Assembly: GCF_018420025.1 (NCBI RefSeq)
Contig: NZ_JAEDAM010000096.1
Span: 1-20,413, forward strand
Source of the DNA: Candidatus Vampirococcus lugosii
Lineage (GTDB): Bacteria > Patescibacteriota > Gracilibacteria > Absconditabacterales > Absconditicoccaceae
Direction: 5' to 3'
DNA: 20,413 nt
Position 1 is the first letter of the stretch. Each line of letters starts with the position of its first letter. Made by a program: the position numbers and the translations under genes. The notes below the pieces were generated by a model. That model was not told where the DNA came from, searched no databases, and saw only the letters and a list, made by a program, of their open reading frames with translations. Below are positions 1-12,067 of the stretch, in pieces.

Positions 1-236
1 CTTTCAAAAGTAAAAATGTCTGCATCAACAACTCCTATATCAAAAAAAATAAATAAATATAATAATTTAATTTTAAAATATATTTCAAATCGTTTGCCAA
101 ATATTGTTGGTAAACCTTAATTGGTGTAAAATGGTAGTGTTGTTTACAGTTTTTTATAAATTTCCAGTAATTCCACTTTTTTTATTTATTGTTTTTATTA
201 GTTCTTGTTACTGTAGTTAGATTAATAAAAAAAGAC

Positions 237-266
237 TTGATTTTTTTAAAAAAAAAGTTATATATT
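237..266 (+). promoter_or_regulatory. sigma70-like promoter candidate upstream of the tRNA pair and rRNA locus
   Basis: TTGATT at 237-242, then TATATA/TATATT at 259-266 with 16-18 nt spacing, about 27 nt upstream of the first tRNA. AT-rich background makes chance matches likely. Confidence 0.3.
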
Positions 267-292
267 GTATTACAATAATTTGTTTCAATTGA

Positions 293-366
293 GGGCTTGT
301 AGCTCAGTTGGTTAGAGCAACCGGCTCATAACCGGTAGGTCACTGGTTCAAGTCCAGTCAAGCCCA
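293..366 (+). tRNA. tRNA with CAU anticodon. The body resembles bacterial tRNA-Ile, so likely tRNA-Ile2 (lysidine-modified); elongator tRNA-Met is not excluded.
   Basis: Hand-folded 74-nt cloverleaf: acceptor GGGCTTG/CAAGCCC, D arm GCTC-AGTTGGTTA-GAGC, anticodon arm ACCGG-CTCATAA-CCGGT, T arm ACTGG-TTCAAGT-CCAGT, discriminator A. No encoded CCA. No initiator features (no 1:72 mismatch, no GGG/CCC anticodon stem). Confidence 0.85.
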
Positions 367-369
367 TTT

Positions 370-443
370 GCGGGTGTAACTCAATTGGCTAGAGTATCTG
401 CCTTCCAAGCAGAATGTTGCGAGTTCGAGTCTCGTCGCCCGCT
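370..443 (+). tRNA. tRNA-Gly (anticodon UCC)
   Basis: Hand-folded 74-nt cloverleaf: acceptor GCGGGTG/CGCCCGC, anticodon arm TCTGC-CTTCCAA-GCAGA, T arm GCGAG-TTCGAGT-CTCGT. It starts 3 nt after the previous tRNA. This is the ordinary GGN reader, not a UCA tRNA. Confidence 0.88.
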
Positions 444-489
444 ATTTAAATTAGATATTGATTTAAGTAGAAAAAAGTCAAAAAAGGAC

Positions 490-517
490 TTGAAAAATTA
501 AATAAAATAATTATACT
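490..517 (+). promoter_or_regulatory. sigma70-like promoter candidate upstream of 23S
   Basis: TTGAAA (490-495), 16-nt spacer, TATACT (512-517). The flanking GACTTGA motif is shared with the 237 candidate (AGACTTGA vs GGACTTGA). Confidence 0.3.
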
Positions 518-614
518 GTTTCTTACTTCAACGACAAAAAGTGAGTTAAATATTTGGATGTAAATGCTAATTAAAAAAAAGAAGATCATTAACAGATTGA
601 TATATTATATTTTT

Positions 615-3607
<2,993 letters not shown>

Positions 3608-3663
3608 AAAAATATAATGTATTAATTTGTATGTGATGATAAAATTATAAATTAGTAGAATAT

Positions 3664-3686
3664 ATAATATAATATAATATAATATA
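3664..3686. repeat. (ATAAT)n pentanucleotide microsatellite, about 4.6 copies, in the 23S-5S spacer
   Basis: Direct reading: ataat ataat ataat ataat ata. Confidence 0.8.
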
Positions 3687-3709
3687 AAAAAATACTATAA
3701 AAAATTATT

Positions 3710-3731
3710 AAGAAAGTAGTAAGAAAGTAGT
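3710..3731. repeat. 11-bp tandem direct repeat AAGAAAGTAGT x2 in the 23S-5S spacer
   Basis: aagaaagtagt at 3710-3720 and again at 3721-3731, exact. Confidence 0.8.
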
Positions 3732-3739
3732 AAAAAGTA

Positions 3740-3767
3740 TTGAAAATATGATATAAATCATTATATA
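3740..3767 (+). promoter_or_regulatory. weak internal promoter candidate upstream of 5S/16S
   Basis: TTGAAA (3740-3745), 16-nt spacer, TATATA (3762-3767). Could be chance in AT-rich spacer. Confidence 0.2.
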
Positions 3768-3834
3768 AGATTACTTTAGTAAAAGTTTCTTGAATATATA
3801 GACAATATTAAATAGATAATAGATTAGTATTTAA

Positions 3835-3958
3835 TATTGGTGGTATTAATGCAATATTAGGAGACACCTGTTACCATTCCGAACACAGAAGTTAAGTTAA
3901 TATTGGTTGATGATACTGGTTCTACTGGAGCTGGGAAAGTAAATTGGTGCCACCAATA
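3835..3958 (+). rRNA. rrf: 5S ribosomal RNA (ends approximate)
   Basis: Terminal helix ATTGGTGG / CCACCAAT, and the conserved CCATTCCGAACACAGAAGTTAAG block (loop B/helix III region). Confidence 0.9.
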
Positions 3959-3986
3959 TTAAGTGCTGATGAGTTACTTAATGTTG

Positions 3987-4003
3987 ATATAATATAATAT
4001 AAT
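3987..4003. repeat. (ATAAT)n microsatellite, about 3.4 copies, in the 5S-16S spacer
   Basis: at ataat ataat ataat. Same unit and orientation as 3664-3686, so 5S is bracketed by the same microsatellite. Confidence 0.75.
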
Positions 4004-4083
4004 AAGATGTATTATAATAAAATAATAAGAAGGTCATTAAAAGAGATGTAATAATAATTAAAGGAAGTATGGTTATAGACTTA

Positions 4084-5601
<1,518 letters not shown>

Positions 5602-5693
5602 AAGTAAAGATATAAGTAGAGAATAAAATAAACAAGGGTTTATATACCATACTTCTTTTAATTATTATTGCATTGATATGAATATAAATGTTT

Positions 5694-5729
5694 AAAAAAA
5701 GCTAATTATTAATTTAATTAGTTTTTTTG
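5694..5729. terminator. bidirectional intrinsic terminator between 16S and the convergent mutL
   Basis: A7 run, stem CTAATTA (5702-5708) / TAATTAG (5715-5721) with a 6-nt loop, then a T7 run. The A and T runs can extend the stem. The symmetric A/T flanks suit termination from both directions. Confidence 0.45.
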
Positions 5730-5856
5730 TTGATTTTTTTAAAAAAATTTAATTAGTGATAGTTTGTTTTGTATTAATTTAAAATTTGTATTAATTTAAA
5801 ACAGGAAAGTATATAAAAAGTATATAATATATTAAGTAAAAATTAATATAAATTTT

Positions 5857-7623
5857 TTATCTATCAAAAAGTTTTTCTATATTTTCTTTTGATATATTTA
5901 CTATGCTTGGTCTTCAATGTTGACAAACAAACATTTTATCTATGTTTTTATATCAATCATTTATTAAATTTACCATTTCTGGTATTGAAAGTTTATCTCA
6001 AGCTTTTATTGATGTTTTACAAGCTTTAGTAGCAAATATTTCATCAAATATACTATCCAAAGAAATATTTTCTGAATAAATTATTTTATCTATTACTTTT
6101 TCCAAATCTATATTATATTTTATGAAAATTTTGGGAACTGAATATATAGCAATAGAATCTTCTCATATCATAGATATATCAAATCATAAATTATTTAATT
6201 GTTCTATCTTTTGATCAGTATTTATATTTTTAGGAACTTGAATACTAATTGGATTAAGTATTATTTCAGGCTCTAAATTATTTTCTGTCATATCTTTTTT
6301 CATTTTTTCAAAAGCAATTCTTTCTGCCAAAGCATGTTGATCTACAAAATATAATTCATTTTCACCTTGCAAAATTATAAAACTATTCCATATTTGTCAA
6401 ATAACTTGAAATTCTTGAAAATTATTATTTATAATAGAATTATTTTGTACTCAATCAAAATTTGATTTTGAATAAATATTTGTTTGTTCAGGGAAATTAA
6501 AAGAAGATCAATAATTTGATTTTGGTTCAGCAAATCAACTTTTATAAAAATTATTATTAAATCAAGAATTATAAGATTTATTTACAAAATTATTTTGATA
6601 ATCTTTCTGATAATTAAGACTAGCACTAGAAACTTTTTCACTACTAAAACAAGATGATAATGTTTGAGTTATTAAATTAAAAATACTATTAGGATCTTGA
6701 AATTTAACTTCTTGTTTTCTTGGATGCACATTTACATCTACCAAACTTCAATCTATTTGTAAAAAAATAATAGCAAGAGGAAATTGTCAAGGACTTATTT
6801 GTCTTTTGTAAAAATCAAGAATGGCTTTTTTTATTATTTTGTCTTGTACTGGTCTATTATTTACAAAAATTTTAATATTACTTGGAGAAGAAAATGTAAG
6901 TGTACTATCACTTGCTACACCAAATATAGAAATTTTATTAAATTCATTTTCCAATATTTTTATATTATTTTTCCAAGATTCTTTATAAACTTGCAAAAGT
7001 CTTGTAAGACAATCATTAACTTTATTAAAATTTTTAATTATTTTACCATTTTTTATAAGTCTAAATTTTTTATCGTAATTTTGAATAACAAAATTTAAAA
7101 ATATGTCCAAAATATAATTATATTCAGTGGTTTCAGTTTTTAAAAATTTTTGTCTAGCAGGAACATTAAAAAATAAATCTTGTACCAAAACTTTAGTTCA
7201 ATGTTCTTTATCAAAAGCAATTTGTTTGATAGATATATTTTTATCTATTTTTATAAGTTGATTTGCCACAGTATCATTAGTAGATTTTGTTTGTATAGTA
7301 AACTTACTAACTTCAGAAATTGTAGATAATGCCTCTCATCTAAAACCAAAAGAAGATATATCAAGTAAATCTTCATCAGATTTTATTTTGGAAGTTGCAT
7401 AACTTTGAATAGAAAGTTCAAGATCTTCTTGAGAAATTCAAAATCAATTATCTTCTACTTTTATAAAAGATTTACCACCATTACTAATTTCCAAAATAAT
7501 ATCATTGGCACCTGCATCCAAACTATTTTCAATTAATTCTTTTACCACAGAACTTGGTCTTTCTACAACTTCTCATGCTTTCAATTTATTTATAATATAT
7601 GGAGCCAACTTTTTGATTCACAT
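5857..7623 (-). CDS. mutL: DNA mismatch repair protein MutL (588 aa; table 25)
   Basis: ATG at 7623, TAA at 5859-5857. I checked every in-frame codon and found no TAA/TAG, with about 18 in-frame TGA. N-terminal GHKL motifs: [26 protein letters not shown]-terminal motifs: [12 protein letters not shown] and CQHGRP. The three standard-code fragments in the ORF track (6184-6372, 6562-6744, 6787-7188) are all in this frame. Confidence 0.93.
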
Positions 7624-7639
7624 TATTAATAATAATAAA

Positions 7640-8014
7640 TTAAATTTTTTTATTAAATTTTATTTTTGGTCTTTCTATTAATTTTATATTTTTTTTGGAA
7701 ATATTTTTATACTTATAATTTAAATATATAGAAATTATATAATGTTTAATATATGTTTTATTGATAATATATAAAAAATTTGATTTTATTTTTTTTATAG
7801 GAAAAATTAGAGCTAATCACAAAAAAAGTATCAATGTAGCAAAAGGTGTAGGAGTAAGATAAGCAAAAATTCAAAAAAGTAAAATTATTATTCAAATACA
7901 TATTCTAAATATGTAATGAGTTTTCCAACAATATTTAAAAATTTTATTTTTTTTTATTAGTTTAAATAAATTATTAACTTTTGTTTTAAAATTTTTATTT
8001 ATTTTTTTCTTCAT
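7640..8014 (-). CDS. small basic membrane protein (124 aa), possibly a YbaN/DUF454- or PGPGW-like hairpin; family uncertain
   Basis: ATG at 8014, TAA at 7642-7640, three in-frame TGA. It ends 17 nt upstream of the mutL start, same strand. Hydrophobic core ICIGIIILLFGIFAYLTPTPFATLILFLGLALIF between Lys-rich ends. A 125-codon frame free of TAA/TAG is unlikely by chance in DNA this AT-rich. Confidence 0.5.
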
Positions 8015-8055
8015 AAATAATTCAAATTAAGTTTTAATTAAAATTTATTATATAT

Positions 8056-8083
8056 AATATAATTATTTTTTCATAAATATCAA
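8056..8083 (-). promoter_or_regulatory. promoter candidate for the small-membrane-protein/mutL unit
   Basis: On the - strand: TTGATA (8083-8078), 16-nt spacer, TATATT (8061-8056). Confidence 0.25.
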
Positions 8084-8224
8084 ATAAAAATATAGATATA
8101 ATTTTGTATAGTCCTGCTAAAATTTATCCAACTTGAATGTTAAAATTATTTGTTATAGAGTTTTTTAAATATTTTTTTATATACTTAAATCTATATAATT
8201 TAATTAAATTAAATCTATATTTAT

Positions 8225-8253
8225 TTGACAAATTAAACTTAAATATATAAAAT
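8225..8253 (+). promoter_or_regulatory. near-consensus sigma70 promoter for the 8307/8773 gene pair
   Basis: TTGACA (8225-8230), 17-nt spacer, TAAAAT (8248-8253), about 50 nt upstream of the ATG at 8307. Confidence 0.45.
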
Positions 8254-8306
8254 ATATTAGATGTATATATTAATTTTAATATAAAAAATTAAAATAAAAT
8301 AATTTT

Positions 8307-8768
8307 ATGGAAAATAAAAAATGTGAGCAATATCTTGCAAATTATATTAAATCAAAAAATTTTAATGATAAAGAGAGTATTTCATATATAATGAAAAATG
8401 CTTGGTGAGAGAATATTTCTAATTGTTATAAATATTTTGGTTGATCAGCTGATATAAAGGATTTTATTAAAAATTTAAAATCTAATCAAAACTATAAATA
8501 TACTGAAGAAAAATGAAAAAATAATAAAAAAGAAACAATAAAACAGAAAGAAGAAGAAATTCAAGAAAATATAAAACAAGAAAATATAAAACAAGAAAAT
8601 ATAAAACAAGAAAATATAAAACAAGAAAATATTTGACAGTTTGATTCTATGATTGATAGTTCTATTTACTTATTTAAAATAATATGAATATGTTTTATAT
8701 GAATTATAGTAGTATTATTAATAAAATATATTAGAATATACTTTATTTTAAAAATAAAAACAAAATAA
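8307..8768 (+). CDS. 153-aa membrane-anchored protein; paralog of the N-terminal module of the downstream ATPase
   Basis: ATG 8307, TAA 8766-8768, seven in-frame TGA. MENKKCEQYLANYIKSKNFND...KNAWGENISNCYKYFGGSADIKDFIKNLKSNQNY aligns by eye with residues 1-60 of the 8773 product. (QENIK)x4 linker, then GQFDSMIDSS plus the TM helix LFKIIGICFIGIIVVLLI, again matching the neighbour. Confidence 0.75.
8562..8632 (+). repeat. 15-bp in-frame tandem repeat CAAGAAAATATAAAA, 4.7 copies, encoding (QENIK)n
   Basis: Exact copies at 8562, 8577, 8592 and 8607, and a partial copy at 8622. Confidence 0.95.
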
Positions 8769-8772
8769 TTAG

Positions 8773-11700
8773 ATGGAAAAGAAAAAATGTGAGCAATTTC
8801 TTATAGATTATATTGAATCAAAATCATTTAATGAAGATGAACCTGTTTGATCTATAGCAAAAAATGTTTGGTGAGAAAATATTTCTAATTGTTATAGACA
8901 TTTTGGTTGATCATCTTGAATATCTGATTTTATTAATAATTTAAAATCTAATAATAATTACCATTATTCTGCTGAAGAAGAATGAATATCCAATGATAAA
9001 TGAGAATGAAAATGAACTAGTGTTTGAAAAATCTATGATGAACTTAACTGAGAGAATCAAGAAAATTGAGAATTTCAAGAAAATCAAGAGCAAGAAGTTT
9101 GACAATTTGATTCTATAATTGATACTTCACTTTTTGCATTAAAAATAATATGAATATGATTGTTATGAATTATTTTAATAATATTTATTTGGAAATTATT
9201 TAAATATCTTTTTGCTTTTTTGTATGATGTTTTGAATATAAGAAGAATTCAATATCTTAGAGTAATAATTCCTAGGTGAGATAGTAGAGAAGAAAGAGAA
9301 ATGCAAAAAGAAATTGCAAAAGATATGCATGAAAAAATAGCTAGGATGGGACAAGTTTTTAGAAATATTCATAAACTTTGAGAATTATCTGTTCGGGATA
9401 TAATTATGAATTATGTGTTTTCAAAACCTAAAGTTTCTTTTGCTTTACATTATAAAGATTGACAATTACAATTACTTTTTGCAGTATATCCTGAATATAA
9501 AAATATTTTGGAATGAGCTATTACAGCTCAATATTCTGATGCAAGTGTAGAAACTATTAAAATACCTCATTTTTTTGCAAAAACATATTATGATATAATT
9601 CCTATACATCCTGAAAAAGATCCTGTTTATCCTATAAGAATATTTAAACAACTTGAAGATGATCCTTTGAATAATGTTTTGGATGCTATTTGAAAAATTT
9701 CTAATGAAGATACATTTACAATATTTACAACTATAAAACCTGCTTGATCAAGTTTTAATATTAAAGCACAAAATTTTGCAAATGCATTATATAAAAAAGA
9801 TGAATCAGTAACATTGTCTACTCCTTTATGGAAAAAACTTGTTTTCCCTTGGAAATTTTTTGATTTTTTAATACATTGACCTTCTGATTGATTAGTTAAA
9901 AAATTTAGTAATAATGACAGTCAATGAGATCCAATTATTCGTATGGTTAAATCTGAAGAAGATGCATTAAATGCTATGTGAGAAGAAGCTGGTAAACCTG
10001 CATTTATCTCTGGTATGATGTTAATCACTTCTTCAGATTATAAAGATAGATTATGAGCAAATTTGCAAACAGTAGTATCAGCACTTACTATATATAAAGA
10101 TGAATATAATAATTGATTAAATCAACCAGAAATTATGCATGATATTTTTTGATTTATATTTAAACCTTTATGGAAATTTGCTATATTTTTTCATTTGCCA
10201 AATTTCTTTTATAAAAAAAATATTTTTACGGTAAATGAATTAGCTTGATTTTTTCATATTCCAGATTGATTATTTAATCGTTCTCCAATTATAAAATGGA
10301 TGGATTACAAGGCATTACCTGCTCCAGATAATTTACCAAAAATGGAAAAACCAAATAATTTTTTTATCACTTGAAAAGTTGCTGAAGAATATTTAGATTG
10401 AAATATATCAAAAATATTTAAATGAGTAAGACATTGGGCAGTTGGTAAGAAAAAAACTAAAAAAGAAAAATTAGTTCCTATAGAAAATTATAAAAAAAAT
10501 GAATTATTTGATAAAGAAATAATAACTAAAAACGGTAAAGATTATGTAAAAGAAACTGTAAATGTTTTACAAACTTGACTTAGAGTTTTTAAAGATTGAA
10601 CACTTTTATGAGTTAATGTTTATAGAAATAGATTTACTCCTATTTATATGAGGAAAAAAGATAGATCTAGACATCATTATATTATTTGAAAATCTGGTTG
10701 AGGTAAATCAGTTTATATTGCAAGTATGGCTAGACAAGATGTTTGGAATTGAGATTGACTTTGTGTTATAGATCCCCATTGAGATTTGGTAGAAGATATT
10801 ATGGAATATATTCCTAAAGAAAGAGCAAAAGATGTTATATATTTTGATGCAGGTAATGAGGAAAGACCTATGTGACTTAATCTTTATGAAATTGATAATC
10901 AAGATCAAGCAGATAGAGTTGTAAATGATGCTACTGAAATATTTATGAAAATGTTTGGACCAGAAATTTTTGGACCTAGAATTCAAGAATATTTCAAATA
11001 TGCAAGTTTAACATTATTGGAAGATATGGAAGAATGAGCATCATTAATTGATGTTCCAAGATTATTTACTGATGAAACTTTTAGAGAATATAAAATCAAA
11101 AAAGTAAAAAATCCTGTAGTTAAAAATTTTTGGGATAAAACATATAATGCTATGGGTGATAGAGAAAAACAAGAAATTATTCCTTATTTTACTTCCAAAT
11201 TTGTTAATTTTATTACTAATAGACTTATTAGAAATATTATATGACAAACAAAATCAGCTATTAATTTTCGTAAAGCTATGGATGAAGGGAAAATATTGCT
11301 TGTAAATTTAAGTAAATGAAAGCTTGGTGAAATGAATGCACAGCTTTTAGGTATGATTTTGGTAAGTCAAATAAATAATGCAGCTATGTCAAGAGCTGAT
11401 ATTCCAGAAGATCAAAGAAGAGATTTTTTCTTATATGTTGATGAGTTTCAAAATTTTGTTACTGATACTTTTGCCGATATTTTATCAGAAGCTAGAAAAT
11501 ATCATTTGGCATTAATAATGGCTCATCAATATATATGACAGCTTGAATGATCTAATTGATGAATGTGAGATTCAGGTTGAGTAAAAGATGCAGTATTTGG
11601 TAATGTATGAACTATGCAAAGTTTTAAAATATGAGCACCAGATGCAGAAGCTTTGGAAAAAGAATATGCTCCAGTTCTTTCTCCTCAAGATATAGTTGGT

Positions 11701-11904
11701 ATATCAAATTTTAAAGTGTATATTAAATTAAATATTTCTAATGCATCTAGTAGAGTATTTAGTATGAATACTATATGGACAGAAGATTACAAAAATCCAA
11801 AAGTTGCTGAAATATTAAAAGAATATTGTAGCAAAAAATATTGAAGAAAAAGACAATTTGTAGATGCTGAAATTAGTGCTAGATTAGGTATATTAAATGA
11901 TTAA
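8773..11904 (+). CDS. TrwB/TraD/VirD4-like (type IV coupling protein-like, FtsK/HerA superfamily) membrane-anchored P-loop ATPase, 1043 aa
   Basis: ATG 8773, TAA 11902-11904. Every codon checked: no TAA/TAG, about 54 in-frame TGA. Motifs: N-terminal TM (ALKIIGIGLLGIILIIFIW), Walker A HHYIIGKSGGGKS (10687-10710), VIDPHGDL, Walker B FFLYVDEFQNF, MAHQYIGQL, AVFGNVGTMQSFKIG. ELAGFFHIPDG resembles the N-terminal domain seen in candidate phyla radiation (CPR) homologs of this ATPase class, from memory. Confidence 0.85.
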
Positions 11905-11973
11905 TTTTAATATTTTACTAATATTTATATATAATTAGTAGGTTACTTATCAAATTCAACATGTTGTTTATCT

Positions 11974-12020
11974 TAATAACAAAAAAAGTGTATTTTATAA
12001 ATACACTTTTTTTGTTATTA
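11974..12020. terminator. bidirectional intrinsic terminator shared by the convergent 8773 and 15424 genes
   Basis: Perfect 22-nt inverted repeat TAATAACAAAAAAAGTGTATTT (11974-11995) / AAATACACTTTTTTTGTTATTA (11999-12020) with a 3-nt loop. The GTGTATTT core stem has an A run on one side and a T run on the other. Confidence 0.6.
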
Positions 12021-12067
12021 GTTTTTATAAAAAATTATTCTACTCTTTTTTATATGATAAAATATAT

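Noticed and set aside
1-116. Possible - strand coding sequence leaving the window at position 1. One frame reads ...DIGVVDADIFTFE and is open from 116 to 1. A separate ATG at 25 gives MQTFLLLK.
   Set aside because: The open frame has no plausible start codon inside the window (a stop at 117-119 lies directly upstream). The ATG at 25 gives only 8 codons. Too little sequence to support a call.
6784-7098. + strand 104-aa ORF, and similar antisense ORFs at 10708-10986(-), 11062-11247(-), 14884-15156(+), 17114-17305(+), 17644-17877(+), 18877-19107(+) and 13606-13818(-, off-frame)
   Set aside because: Each lies antisense or out of frame within a much longer, motif-supported table-25 CDS. Their sequences are low-complexity Ile/Phe/Tyr/Asn/Lys strings typical of AT-rich shadow ORFs.
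8562-8632. Tandem 15-bp repeats (and the 13073-13171 and 13507-13580 repeats) as a possible CRISPR or other non-coding array
   Set aside because: The units are contiguous with no spacers, far shorter than CRISPR repeats, and lie in frame inside ORFs where they encode sensible peptide repeats.
8307-11904. Coupling-protein-like ATPase as a marker of an integrative conjugative element or plasmid insertion
   Set aside because: No integrase, relaxase, VirB4-type ATPase, tRNA-adjacent attachment repeats or compositional break are visible. The flanks are housekeeping genes (mutL) and the codon style is uniform.
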